55,411 nucleotides of DNA from assembly GCA_017507985.1 (NCBI GenBank), contig JAFVZV010000015.1, positions 1-55,411 of the forward strand, read 5' to 3'. Each line of letters begins with the position of its first letter. Position 1 is the stretch's first letter. This DNA is from Clostridia bacterium (GTDB lineage Bacteria; Bacillota; Clostridia; Oscillospirales; CAG-272). Below the pieces are notes generated by a model. The model ran no database searches. It saw only the letters and a program-made list of their open reading frames with translations, and was not told the origin of the DNA. Positions 45,952 to 55,274 of the stretch are shown here, in pieces. The position numbers and the translations under genes were made by a program.

Positions 45952-46455
45952 TCATTCCTCCCACCGATGCTCATGCAGCTGCCCCTCGGTTTGAAAACCC
46001 TCAAACTCCCACTGCCGCAGCACTTCATAAGCTGCAACAGCAACGGAATTGGACAAATTCAGCGAGCGTAGCGTCGGCAGCATCGGAATGCGCACACAGC
46101 CTTCGGGATGATCGATGAGCAGCTCCTCGGGCAGCCCACGCGACTCGGGACCGAACATCAAATAGACCTCGCCCTCGTAGCGTACGTCGATATGGCGCTT
46201 TCTGCCTTTGGTGGTAAAATAGAAGATATGCGCGTCGGGATGTTGCTCGTAAAACGCTTCGACGTTGTCGTAATAGGTGATATTCAGCTTGTCCCAATAG
46301 TCCAGTCCTGCGCGGCGCAGATGCTTGTCATCGGTCGAAAAGCCGAGCGGACGGATCAAGTGCAGATCTGCTCCCGTGATGGCGCAGGTGCGTGAGATGT
46401 TGCCCGTGTTGGCATGGATTTCTGGCTGATAGAGTACGATGTGCAGTTTGTTCAT
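45952..46455 (-). CDS. trmL: tRNA (cytidine/uridine34-2'-O)-methyltransferase TrmL (SpoU class)
   Basis: YQPEIHANTGNISRTCA, LMFGPESRGLPEE, SLNLSNSVAV motifs. 167 aa. Confidence 0.85.
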   Translation of the reverse strand: MNKLHIVLYQPEIHANTGNISRTCAITGADLHLIRPLGFSTDDKHLRRAGLDYWDKLNITYYDNVEAFYEQHPDAHIFYFTTKGRKRHIDVRYEGEVYLMFGPESRGLPEELLIDHPEGCVRIPMLPTLRSLNLSNSVAVAAYEVLRQWEFEGFQTEGQLHEHRWEE

Positions 46456-46671
46456 GTTGACGGTCCTTTATTTAAGTGGTACAATTGATACTTTTATTGT
46501 AACACAGTGTAAAGGCTGAGTCAAGAAGGACAAAAAATGTTCCATAAAATTTACAATTATTTTTCTTATTCTACACATATATGTTGTATAATAACTCATA
46601 ATTATGTGTATTTGTGCGTGGAGATTTGCTGCGCTGATCATACAGAAGGACACGAAAGGACGGAACGATTC

Positions 46672-49431
46672 ATGTCTTTGATTACGAAAATTTTTGGAAG
46701 TTACAGCGACCATCAGCTCAAAAAGCTGGAGCCCATCGTGCGCCAGGTTGAGGCCTTGGCAGATAAGTATGCGGCGATGAGCGAATCCGAGCTGCGAGGC
46801 GTGACAAATAACCTGAAGGACCGCTTGGATGCAGGCGAAACGCTGGATGATATTTTGCCCGATGCGTTTGCGGCGGTGCGAGAGGCTGACTGGCGCGTGC
46901 TGGGCAAGCGCCCCTTCCGCGTGCAGATCGTCGGCGGTATTTTGCTTCATCAGGGACGTATTGCCGAGATGAAAACGGGCGAGGGTAAAACGCTGGTCGC
47001 AACCTTGCCTGCCTATTTGAACGCGCTGTCGGGCAAGGGCGTGCATATTGTGACGGTCAACGACTATCTGGCTCGCCGCGACAGTGAGGAGATGGGCCGT
47101 GTGTATGGATATCTCGGACTCAAAACGGGTCTGATCGTTCATGGACAGTCCAAAGCCGAGAAAAAAACCGCCTATGCTGCCGATATCACCTATGGTACTA
47201 ACAATGAGTTTGGCTTTGACTATCTGCGTGACAACATGGTTGTGTACAAGGAAAATATGGTCCAGCGCGGTCATGATTTTGCCATCGTCGATGAGGTTGA
47301 CTCTATTTTGATCGACGAGGCGAGAACTCCTTTGATCATTTCAGGCGCGGGCGAGGAGAGCACCGATCTGTATGACCGTGCCGATCGCTTCGTGCGTACG
47401 CTGCGTAAATTTGTCATCAAGGAAATGGATGACAAAGAAGAACAGGATAATATTGACGCGGATTATATTGTTGACGAAAAGGCTAACCGTGCAACGCTCA
47501 CCCCTCGTGGTGCCGAGCGTGCCGAACGCTATTTCGAGCTGGAGAATTTCACCGACCCCGAAAACGCGACCATTGCGCACCACGTCAACCAGGCCATTCG
47601 CGCTCACGGTTGCATGAAGCGTGACGTTGATTATATTGTCAACGAAAAGGGAGTCATCATCGTCGATTCCTTCACGGGACGACTCATGCCTGGCCGCCGG
47701 TATTCCAACGGTCTGCATCAGGCAATCGAAGCCAAGGAAGGTGTCAAGATTCAAAAGGAAAACAAGACGCTGGCGACCATTACCTTCCAAAATTACTTCC
47801 GCATGTACCGCAAGCTGTCGGGTATGACGGGTACAGCGCTGACCGAGGAAAACGAGTTCCGCGAAATCTATAGTCTGGACGTTGTCGAGGTACCGACCAA
47901 TCGTCCTATGATCCGAAACGATCGCCCTGATGCCGTGTATAAGAATATCAAGGGCAAATACGAGGCAATCATCCGTCAGATCGTTGAGTGCCACGACAAA
48001 GGCCAGCCCATTTTGGTCGGTACGGTCGACATTGAAAAGTCCGAGCTGCTGTCCAAGCTGCTCAAGCACGCCGGCGTTCCGCATACAGTGCTCAATGCCA
48101 AGCTGCATGAAAAAGAGGCTGAGATCGTTGCGCAGGCGGGTAAATTTGGTGCGGTTACCATTTCCACCAACATGGCAGGTCGTGGTACCGATATTATGCT
48201 TGGCGGTAACCCCGAATATATGGCTAAGGCCGAGATGCGCGAGATGGGGATTGACGAGGAGCTGATTGCTTCCTCAACGGGTACAGCCGAGACGGACGAC
48301 GAAAAGGTCACGAGCACGCGAGCCATTTTCCGCGAACTGCACGAGAAGTATAAAAAACAGATCGAGCCTGAGGCGCAAAAGGTGCGCGAGGCAGGCGGAT
48401 TGTTCATTCTCGGCACAGAGCGCCATGAATCCCGCCGTATCGACAATCAGTTGCGCGGTCGTTCGGGACGTCAGGGTGACCCCGGTGAATCCCGTTTCTA
48501 TCTGTCGCTCGAGGATGATCTGATGCGTCTGTTCGGTAGTGAGCGTATTCTTACTATGGTGTCCAATATGGGCTTGCCCGACGATATGCCGATCGATGCA
48601 CGTATTCTGTCGGGGGCAATCGAGTCGGCCCAGAAACGTCTGGAGGATCAGAACTTCAAGCGGCGTAAGTACGTGCTGTCTTACGATGATATTATGAATC
48701 AGCAGAGAAATATCATTTACAGTCAACGCGGAGAGGTTCTCAACGGTGAGAATATCACTGATACCATCCAGCGCATGATCGAAACAACGGTGGAAGAAAC
48801 GGTGGCTCGTTACACCTCGGGTGAATCGCACGCGGATTGGGATCTGGCCGGATTGCGCGGCTACTATATGGGCTTGCTGACACAGGAGGGTGATTTTGAG
48901 TATACACCCGAAGATATGAAGAGACTGCGCCGCGAGCATATCAGCGACGACTTGATTGACCGTGCGATCGAGCTGTATCACGGCAAGGAAGTGCTGTTTG
49001 GTGAGGAGATTTTCCGCGAGGTTGAGCGTGCGATCCTTTTGCAGAACGTTGACCGCGCATGGATGGAGCATATCGATGCGATGGATGACCTTAAAGGCAG
49101 TATCGGTCTGCAGTCGTACGCACAACGCGACCCTGTGGTTGAATACCGTATTCAGGGCTTTGAAATGTTTGACGGCATGGTCGGTGAGATCCGCGAGAAT
49201 ACCGTGCGCATGATTTTGTCTGTCGTGCCTCGCCAAAAGGTTGAGCGCGTTCAGGTGGCTAATCCGTTGACTGAGGGCTTCGAGGGGACCAAAACGGCAC
49301 CCAAGAAAATCGTGCTGACGCCCCGAACCAATGTGGCCAAGGTTGGCCGTAACGACCCTTGCCCCTGTGGCAGCGGAAAGAAATATAAGAAGTGCTGTGG
49401 CGCGAACAGCGGCGGCACGGATGACGAATAA
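46672..49431 (+). CDS. secA: preprotein translocase ATPase SecA
   Basis: Start at [10 protein letters not shown].. behind [36 protein letters not shown]-terminal zinc motif [13 protein letters not shown]. Confidence 0.95.
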   Translation: MSLITKIFGSYSDHQLKKLEPIVRQVEALADKYAAMSESELRGVTNNLKDRLDAGETLDDILPDAFAAVREADWRVLGKRPFRVQIVGGILLHQGRIAEMKTGEGKTLVATLPAYLNALSGKGVHIVTVNDYLARRDSEEMGRVYGYLGLKTGLIVHGQSKAEKKTAYAADITYGTNNEFGFDYLRDNMVVYKENMVQRGHDFAIVDEVDSILIDEARTPLIISGAGEESTDLYDRADRFVRTLRKFVIKEMDDKEEQDNIDADYIVDEKANRATLTPRGAERAERYFELENFTDPENATIAHHVNQAIRAHGCMKRDVDYIVNEKGVIIVDSFTGRLMPGRRYSNGLHQAIEAKEGVKIQKENKTLATITFQNYFRMYRKLSGMTGTALTEENEFREIYSLDVVEVPTNRPMIRNDRPDAVYKNIKGKYEAIIRQIVECHDKGQPILVGTVDIEKSELLSKLLKHAGVPHTVLNAKLHEKEAEIVAQAGKFGAVTISTNMAGRGTDIMLGGNPEYMAKAEMREMGIDEELIASSTGTAETDDEKVTSTRAIFRELHEKYKKQIEPEAQKVREAGGLFILGTERHESRRIDNQLRGRSGRQGDPGESRFYLSLEDDLMRLFGSERILTMVSNMGLPDDMPIDARILSGAIESAQKRLEDQNFKRRKYVLSYDDIMNQQRNIIYSQRGEVLNGENITDTIQRMIETTVEETVARYTSGESHADWDLAGLRGYYMGLLTQEGDFEYTPEDMKRLRREHISDDLIDRAIELYHGKEVLFGEEIFREVERAILLQNVDRAWMEHIDAMDDLKGSIGLQSYAQRDPVVEYRIQGFEMFDGMVGEIRENTVRMILSVVPRQKVERVQVANPLTEGFEGTKTAPKKIVLTPRTNVAKVGRNDPCPCGSGKKYKKCCGANSGGTDDE

Positions 49432-49452
49432 AAGCTACGAAGGAGGATCGTC

Positions 49453-50196
49453 ATGGGCTGGGGACTGCTGTTTTTTGGCTATTTTCTGGAATTCATCTTG
49501 GGCATGAATACGATGTTTGCGCCCTTTGTCCATGTGCTTGGCTATGCGCTGATGGCGGTTGGCATCAACGGCTTACGTCGCTATTGCCGGAGCTTTGTCC
49601 GAGTATATGCTTGCGCCCTGGCGTTGCTGTTGTTGGGCGTCTGGCGTATGTTCGTTGGCGTAGATGAGCTGTTTTCCCTACAGTTGCCATTTCTGCTTGA
49701 CGGCATCAACCAGACAGTAGTTTGGCTGAACTTTGCTTTGATGATCCTGTTTCACATTTTTTTGGCCTTATCTGTGAAGGAGCTGGCATTGCGTGTGTCT
49801 GTGTCAAAAAATGCGGTGCGTGCGATGCGTAATCTGATCGCTTTCGGACTGTATGCTGTGTGCTATTTATTGCTTATGCTTATTCCGACGCTCAAATTTT
49901 TGGTTCCTGCAACGTTGCTTCTTTGGCCTCTTTGGGCGATTTGCAATTGTGTGATGCTGTATTCTTGCTATATGCGCATCGCGCCCGCCAATGAAAACGA
50001 TCAGCGTCCGCCCTCCCGCTTTGCTTTTGTCAACCGTATGCGATCGGCAATTGAGATTCGGGAGCAAAAGGCCATTGAGGCCGATCGCGCATATCATGCG
50101 GAAAATGCCAGACGGGCGCACGAAAAAAAGATGGCGCGTATGTCCAAAAAACAACAATCGCGCGAGAATGCAAGGAATCGTAACAAAAAAGATTGA
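49453..50196 (+). CDS. polytopic membrane protein with basic C-terminal tail, function unknown
   Basis: RBS GAAGGAGGA. About 6 hydrophobic segments, then a Lys/Arg-rich 60-aa tail. Confidence 0.6.
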   Translation: MGWGLLFFGYFLEFILGMNTMFAPFVHVLGYALMAVGINGLRRYCRSFVRVYACALALLLLGVWRMFVGVDELFSLQLPFLLDGINQTVVWLNFALMILFHIFLALSVKELALRVSVSKNAVRAMRNLIAFGLYAVCYLLLMLIPTLKFLVPATLLLWPLWAICNCVMLYSCYMRIAPANENDQRPPSRFAFVNRMRSAIEIREQKAIEADRAYHAENARRAHEKKMARMSKKQQSRENARNRNKKD

Positions 50197-50229
50197 CCAC
50201 GGGCAATGCCCGATCAAAGGAGTCAACGC

Positions 50230-51744
50230 ATGGCAAAACAAAAAACTGCTTTACAAAAAATCAACTGGCGCATGGGGCTTTGGCTTCCTGCCTTGATTCT
50301 ATTAAGCAATCCGTATCTGCATACGATCGATCTTATGCCCGATGCGATCGGATATGCATTGCTTCTCATTGCATTACGACGCGTGTCCGTGATGGATGAG
50401 AGCTTTGGCGAGGTCGCACGCGCCTTTCGCCGCTTGGCGCTTTTGAGCGTCGCACGAATGGTCGGGCTGGTCTGGGTGTACACCGCGACGAGCGCAAGCG
50501 AGCGCCCGACGCTGATTTTAATTATTTGTTTCGTGCTTGGCGTGTTGGAGCTGATGACGATATTGCCTGCCTGCCATCAACTGTTTCGTGGGCTGTCATA
50601 TCTTGGAACGCGTCTGGACGGACATATTATTTTTGAAAATGCCCGTCATCGTAAGATCGATCGATTGACAAAAAAGCTCCGCCGTGCTGAACAAGCCGGG
50701 GAGCAAAACAGTAAGAGTTACCGCAAGCTCGATGCAAAACTGCGTCGATTGGCAAGACGCTCGAGCGGTGATATTACCGATAAGATGTGCTTTGTCTGCC
50801 AATCCTTTGCAGTGTGTAAGACAGTGCTGTGCGTTCTCCCCGAGCTGGCGGCACTTTCACAAGCTCCTTACGATGCAGGCGCGACCAATTTCAACTGGTA
50901 TGCCTACATCAATGGATTCCGCGCAATGGCGTGGTTGGTTGCCGGTGTGATTGGCATCGTATGGCTGTGCCGCGTGACGGTGTATTGCTGCCATATTGCC
51001 AACGACACGCCATTGTGGGAACAATTGGCTCAAAGGTGCGATGAGGATGAACGACAGCACCCCGAGCGTGTGCCCCAAAAGAGATTACACCATGCGATGG
51101 TATGCATTTCCGTTGCCTGTGCCTTTTGTGTCAATCTGCAATTGGATGGCATCAATGTTCTTCCCACCTTTGTCACGCCGTTGGCTCTGTTAGGGGCGGT
51201 TGCCTTTTTGTGGCCCTACCTGACGAGAGCAGTACGACTTGTTTGCACGGCGGTTTATTCGATTGGCACGCTGACATCGGCTTATTTTTATGTGTCCTGT
51301 CTTCGCTTTTTCACGGAATTCGATATCGTGCAATACGGGTATCATTGGAACGTGCGCGAGGCATACGAGGCGTATATTATAGGAAATTTGTGGATGGAAT
51401 TGGCTTTTATGGCTTTGACGCTAGTGGCAACGGGCGTGCTTCTTTGCTCCTTGATTCAACACTATGCGAAAAAAAGCAGTATGGGCACTCACCAATACAC
51501 GTCGCAACAGATTGATGCGCGGCGTCAGGGCGCACTCAAACGGCATTTGTTGCTTCCTGCGATTTTTTGTATTGCGATGATCGGAGCTCGCAGTGTCTAT
51601 TACGTATACTTGCCCGAGGCGAATATGGTTTGGGTGATCGATTTTGCTGTGGCGGTAATATTCGCCGTGTTTGCCTGTGTGCGCGTTTGGAATGTCAAAG
51701 ATGAGTTGAATGTTGAACGTATGTTGGAGAAGGATATCTGCTGA
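50230..51744 (+). CDS. polytopic membrane protein, function unknown
   Basis: ATG 8 nt after AAAGGAG. About 10 hydrophobic segments with a basic coiled-coil-like loop (RKIDRLTKKLRRAEQAGEQNSKSYRKLDAKLRRLARR). Confidence 0.6.
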   Translation: MAKQKTALQKINWRMGLWLPALILLSNPYLHTIDLMPDAIGYALLLIALRRVSVMDESFGEVARAFRRLALLSVARMVGLVWVYTATSASERPTLILIICFVLGVLELMTILPACHQLFRGLSYLGTRLDGHIIFENARHRKIDRLTKKLRRAEQAGEQNSKSYRKLDAKLRRLARRSSGDITDKMCFVCQSFAVCKTVLCVLPELAALSQAPYDAGATNFNWYAYINGFRAMAWLVAGVIGIVWLCRVTVYCCHIANDTPLWEQLAQRCDEDERQHPERVPQKRLHHAMVCISVACAFCVNLQLDGINVLPTFVTPLALLGAVAFLWPYLTRAVRLVCTAVYSIGTLTSAYFYVSCLRFFTEFDIVQYGYHWNVREAYEAYIIGNLWMELAFMALTLVATGVLLCSLIQHYAKKSSMGTHQYTSQQIDARRQGALKRHLLLPAIFCIAMIGARSVYYVYLPEANMVWVIDFAVAVIFAVFACVRVWNVKDELNVERMLEKDIC

Positions 51745-51750
51745 ACGTTG

Positions 51751-51780
51751 GTATAGTTGCGGCACAAAGTCCGCATACTA
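51751..51780 (+). promoter_or_regulatory. forespore-type (sigmaG/sigmaF-like) promoter motif
   Basis: GTATA (51751-51755), 18 nt spacer, CATACTA (51774-51780). This matches every specified position of the B. subtilis sigmaG consensus GHATR-18-CATXHTA as I recall it. Confidence 0.5.
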
Positions 51781-51817
51781 TCCTTGCCATTTCAAACGGG
51801 TGGCAAAGGAGAGTATT

Positions 51818-51985
51818 ATGATGCAGAATAATCAGAATAACCAAAACAAGAATCAGAACAACAACCAAAACAACAACCAGAATAATCAGAATAACAACCA
51901 GAACAACCAGAATAATCAGAACAATAACCAGAACAACCAGAATCAAAACAAGAACCAGCGCGAGGAAAACAGACGCGAGTTCTGA
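51818..51985 (+). CDS. 55-aa Asn/Gln-rich micro-protein (30 N + 14 Q)
   Basis: RBS AAGGAGAG (51806-51813), ATG, clean stop, and a terminator 14 nt downstream. Synonymous codon mixing (aat/aac, cag/caa) occurs within the repeats. Confidence 0.6.
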   Translation: MMQNNQNNQNKNQNNNQNNNQNNQNNNQNNQNNQNNNQNNQNQNKNQREENRREF

Positions 51986-51998
51986 TCGACCAAGCATG

Positions 51999-52027
51999 GA
52001 GCGGCGCATTTGTGCCGCTCTTTTTTT
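51999..52027 (+). terminator. Rho-independent terminator after the N/Q ORF
   Basis: gagcggcgca..tgccgctc stem followed by T7 (52021-52027). Confidence 0.8.
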
Positions 52028-52084
52028 GCTTGACAACAGGCGTTGAATATGATACCATAATGGTAATAAAAGGGGGGATGGCAT

Positions 52085-53044
52085 ATGTTGAAAACAAAAA
52101 CTCAAAGGCTGACGCTAACCGGTATGCTAATGGCCGTTGGTATTCTGTTGCCCTTTGCTACCTCACACGGTCTTGGGCTGGCTGGCACGGTGTTGCTTCC
52201 CATGCACATTCCGGTGTTGCTCTGCGGTCTTTTGTGCGGTCCGGCATACGGTGCAGTCTGTGGGCTGTTGCTGCCTGTTATAAACAGTATCCTCACAGGC
52301 ATGCCGGTGCTGTATCCTATGATGCCAATCATGGCGATGGAGCTGATGACCTACGGTGCTATCAGTGGCTTTGCATATCATAAAACACCGCTGTCAAAAA
52401 TAAAATTCGGCGTGTATCCCGCTATGCTGATCGCCATGGTGTGCGGTCGAGTGGCGTATGGACTGACATTCAGGCTGTTACTTATCATCAGCGGCGAATT
52501 GAAGGCGCTGACCGTCTGGGCTGCTCTCACAACGGGTCTGCCCGGTATTATAGTGCAGATGTTGCTCGTTCCTGCCATTGTACTGGCACTTCGACGCTAC
52601 CAAGGTACTCACAGGCGAGCGGCGGTGCGATCGGCCATTCATTTGATCGAGCAAAACACAGCAGCTTGCGTCGTTATTCGTGACGGTGTCATTGAGCGCA
52701 CTGAGATGGGGCGGGGCATCGGTCCCGTGCTCAAGTTGTGCGACGAGGGTGCGCTCAAGGAGGCCTTTGTTGTTGACAAGATCATCGGCAAGGCGGCTGC
52801 AATGATCATGACCGAGGGCGGCGTCAAGCAGTGCTATGGGCTGACTATGAGCCGTGCCGCCTACGATTGGCTCACCGCTCACGGCGTCAAGGCAGACTGC
52901 CGCGAATGCGTGGACGTTATCATCAACCGCGCGGGCGACGGCATGTGCCCGATGGAGCAGACGGTGCTGGATATAGACGATGCCAAAGAGGGCATCCGGG
53001 CTCTGCGACAAAAAAGGGCAGAGTTGATGGCGGGTCAAAAATAA
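52085..53044 (+). CDS. fusion protein: ECF-transporter S-component-like membrane domain + DUF1893 (TM1506-like) domain
   Basis: N-terminal ~170 aa: LLPMHIPVLLCGLLCGP..GMPVLYP..MELMTYG.. (ECF-S pattern). C-terminal ~140 aa: AACVVIRDG..DKIIGKAAAM..GMCPMEQ (DUF1893 pattern, from memory). RBS AAGGGGGG. Confidence 0.7.
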   Translation: MLKTKTQRLTLTGMLMAVGILLPFATSHGLGLAGTVLLPMHIPVLLCGLLCGPAYGAVCGLLLPVINSILTGMPVLYPMMPIMAMELMTYGAISGFAYHKTPLSKIKFGVYPAMLIAMVCGRVAYGLTFRLLLIISGELKALTVWAALTTGLPGIIVQMLLVPAIVLALRRYQGTHRRAAVRSAIHLIEQNTAACVVIRDGVIERTEMGRGIGPVLKLCDEGALKEAFVVDKIIGKAAAMIMTEGGVKQCYGLTMSRAAYDWLTAHGVKADCRECVDVIINRAGDGMCPMEQTVLDIDDAKEGIRALRQKRAELMAGQK

Positions 53045-53057
53045 ATTGAAATAGTAA

Positions 53058-53088
53058 CACCCCGAAGGATGAACGATCCGTCGGGGTG
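53058..53088. terminator. bidirectional hairpin between convergent genes
   Basis: caccccga (53058-53065) pairs with tcggggtg (53081-53088). Confidence 0.7.
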
Positions 53089-53093
53089 ATTCT

Positions 53094-53642
53094 TTATTTG
53101 ATTGTCTCTGCTCGATAAACCTTGCCCTCAAGCGTGTGGAAGGTCACGCGGTCGCCGTCAATAATGACGTAGCTGTGCGGCGAGCTCTCCTTTGGTAGGG
53201 AAACCGAGCCGGGATTGATGTGAAGATAGGCGGTGCCGTTGTCGGCCGTTCGCATTTCAAATACGGGAACGTGGGTATGACCACCCAGCAGAATGTCGCC
53301 TGCTCTCATAGGCGGTACGTCGTGATGACCGTGTGCGGCGATGTAGGTGCGACCGTCGGCAAACAAGCAGGCGGTGTCGGACAGCATGGGGAAGGTTAGT
53401 ACCATCTGATCGACCTCGGTGTCGCAGTTGCCACGCACGCAGATGAGCGCGTCGCGCGCCTTGTTCAGTAAAGCGATCACCTGCTTGGGCGCGTAGCCTG
53501 CGGGCAGGTCGTTGCGGGGACCGTGATAGAGCAGGTCACCAAGCAGCACCAGGCGTTCAGCTCCTGATATTTTGAATTGTTCAAGCAGCGTGGCAGTGCA
53601 ATCAGCATCGCCGTGAAGGTCGGAGGCAATCATCAGTTTCAT
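53094..53642 (-). CDS. YfcE/MJ0936-family metallophosphoesterase
   Basis: Start at MKLMIASDLHGD behind AAAGGA. Motifs DLHGD, GDLLYHGPRN, RGNCD, GGHTHVP. Confidence 0.8.
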   Translation of the reverse strand: MKLMIASDLHGDADCTATLLEQFKISGAERLVLLGDLLYHGPRNDLPAGYAPKQVIALLNKARDALICVRGNCDTEVDQMVLTFPMLSDTACLFADGRTYIAAHGHHDVPPMRAGDILLGGHTHVPVFEMRTADNGTAYLHINPGSVSLPKESSPHSYVIIDGDRVTFHTLEGKVYRAETIK

Positions 53643-53701
53643 ATTATCTATCCTTTCTTTTGAAAACGGGCGAAGCCTTGCTTGGCCTTCTTGTGTGACG
53701 T

Positions 53702-54493
53702 TCAAATGTTGGCGGCCAGGTTTCCAAGATATTCGAATGCAACGGTGGCGTCGGCTTTGAAGTCCTTGACGTGCGCCTCGAGGCTTACGTTGCCCGTGTA
53801 ATCGGCATCCTTCAGCGCGGTCAGAAACTGCACGTACAGAGCTTCGATCTCTTCTGAGCCGGGCTTGGGATACACGCGAGTGACGGGCTCTGCCATGTGG
53901 ACGTTGAATATGTAATCCTTGTATTTGATCAGATTGGAGAAATCATCGCCGTCCTCGTACATATGGTACATATCGGGATTGATGCCTAAATTCTGACACT
54001 CGGGCAGACGTTGAATGATATCGTAAGCATCCGCTACGGAGTTGATGAAATTGGTCTCCTCGCTGCGGATCGGCTCGAGGGCAATCCTGATGTCGTACTC
54101 GGCGGCCATGGCGCAGAAGCGGGCGACCAGCGCGACAAATCGATCGATGGCTTCGTCACGAGACATCCCCTTGGGAATATTGCGGACACTGCCGGCACCC
54201 ATACAAACGATCTTGCATCCGAGAGCGGCCGCACGTTGCAAGCCGCGGCGAACGAAGTCACAAACCTTCTGCGTCTGTTCCTCGGTGCCGTAGATTACGA
54301 AGTTGGAGGGAAGCATATTGTTCATCGAAACCACCGTGAGGGGCGTGGAATGCAGAACGTCACGCTCATGAGCAAACTCTTCTTCGTTCATGTTGGTGTA
54401 TACCATGAAGTTGGCTTCGATGTGAGCGCCACCGGCCTCGCTTATGAGAGGCGCGTTGAGTAAACTCGTGCACGCGCCAAATTGAATGTTCAT
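53702..54493 (-). CDS. sugar-phosphate isomerase/epimerase (xylose-isomerase-like TIM barrel)
   Basis: Typical AP-endonuclease-2/TIM-barrel pattern (..LGCKIVCMGAG.., IRIALEPI.., NVHMAE..). Confidence 0.75.
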   Translation of the reverse strand: MNIQFGACTSLLNAPLISEAGGAHIEANFMVYTNMNEEEFAHERDVLHSTPLTVVSMNNMLPSNFVIYGTEEQTQKVCDFVRRGLQRAAALGCKIVCMGAGSVRNIPKGMSRDEAIDRFVALVARFCAMAAEYDIRIALEPIRSEETNFINSVADAYDIIQRLPECQNLGINPDMYHMYEDGDDFSNLIKYKDYIFNVHMAEPVTRVYPKPGSEEIEALYVQFLTALKDADYTGNVSLEAHVKDFKADATVAFEYLGNLAANI

Positions 54494-54535
54494 GTTGAAA
54501 AGTCCTTTCTTTTATAAGAATAATGGATTCAAAAA

Positions 54536-55054
54536 TCAGGCGTTGTTCTCGCGGATGAGAACGTTCTCAATCTCGCAGACGTACATTTGGTGGTAATCGT
54601 CTGCAGGGTAGTAGGTGGAAATAACGGACGGGTCAAGAAAACTTTCCTTTTGCAAGCGTCCTGCATACATTTGGCGGCAAAGTAGCACCATGCGGGCCTC
54701 GGCGGGAAAAGGAGTGCCGTTTTCATCCTCAATCATATGAAGGCCTGTAGCGAGATATTTGTCACCGTCGCGTCCCGAATGTGAACCCATATGGGCGAGT
54801 GCGCTGTGGTAATCTTTGTCAAAAAAGGCAAGGGACAAGCGATCGGCACGCTCGGTGATATCAAAGGTGTATCGCTGCGGCCGAATGAAGCAGACGGCAA
54901 CCTGCTTGCCCCACAAAACACCGAAGCATCCCCAGCTGGCGGTCATGGAATTGGTCCGCTTACCGTCTGAGGCAGAGATGAGCATCCATTCGCGGCCGAT
55001 ACGATCGAATAGCGGTGAAAATTGTACGATGGGGACGGAACGAAATTCAGACAT
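54536..55054 (-). CDS. flavin reductase-like (FMN-binding split-barrel) protein
   Basis: Start at MSEFRSV.. behind GGAGG. ..NSMTASWGCFGVLWGKQVAVCFIRPQRYT.. is typical of the family. Confidence 0.7.
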   Translation of the reverse strand: MSEFRSVPIVQFSPLFDRIGREWMLISASDGKRTNSMTASWGCFGVLWGKQVAVCFIRPQRYTFDITERADRLSLAFFDKDYHSALAHMGSHSGRDGDKYLATGLHMIEDENGTPFPAEARMVLLCRQMYAGRLQKESFLDPSVISTYYPADDYHQMYVCEIENVLIRENNA

Positions 55055-55085
55055 AGTAACACCTCCGAAAACATTTCTACCATAT

Positions 55086-55114
55086 ATTATAGCACGTGCG
55101 AGAGAATTGTGCAA
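55086..55114 (-). promoter_or_regulatory. sigmaA-type promoter of the flavin-reductase operon
   Basis: On the minus strand, TTGCAC (55114-55109), 17 nt spacer, TATAAT (55091-55086). Confidence 0.7.
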
Positions 55115-55245
55115 TGCTTTTTGATCGATTCTTATAACTCCCACTTTTTCTTTTGTGCACAATGCCCCACATAAAATCCGCATAGGGGATATACTTGACA
55201 TTTTTCACAAAAGTGCAAAAAGTGAAAAATATTTTCGAAAAACGC

Positions 55246-55274
55246 TTGACAAAAAAAGGGCGGAGTGATATAAT
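55246..55274 (+). promoter_or_regulatory. consensus sigmaA promoter, probably an rRNA-operon promoter
   Basis: TTGACA (55246-55251), 17 nt spacer, TATAAT (55269-55274). An A/T-rich upstream region and a second TTGACA at 55195-55200. Confidence 0.7.

Noticed and set aside
46537-46671. 45-codon upstream extension of secA. Comparable extensions occur on dus (8952), the PPIase (7527), htrA (23489), rimM (29383), the yfcE-like gene (53705) and the flavin reductase (55201).
   Set aside because: The extensions cover promoter or AT-rich spacer sequence. Internal starts have good RBSs and give canonical N-termini.
51824-51960. Repetitive CAGAAYAAY tract considered as a CRISPR, VNTR or other non-coding repeat.
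   Set aside because: There is no repeat-spacer periodicity. The tract stays in frame with the RBS, ATG and stop, and the units differ at synonymous positions.
51818-52084. The idea that the Asn/Gln ORF is an attenuation leader peptide sensing Asn/Gln-tRNA charging for the downstream ECF-S::DUF1893 gene.
   Set aside because: I could not find an antiterminator able to compete with the terminator stem. The ORF is much longer than known leader peptides, and a TTGACA box follows the terminator. It is kept only as an alternative to test.
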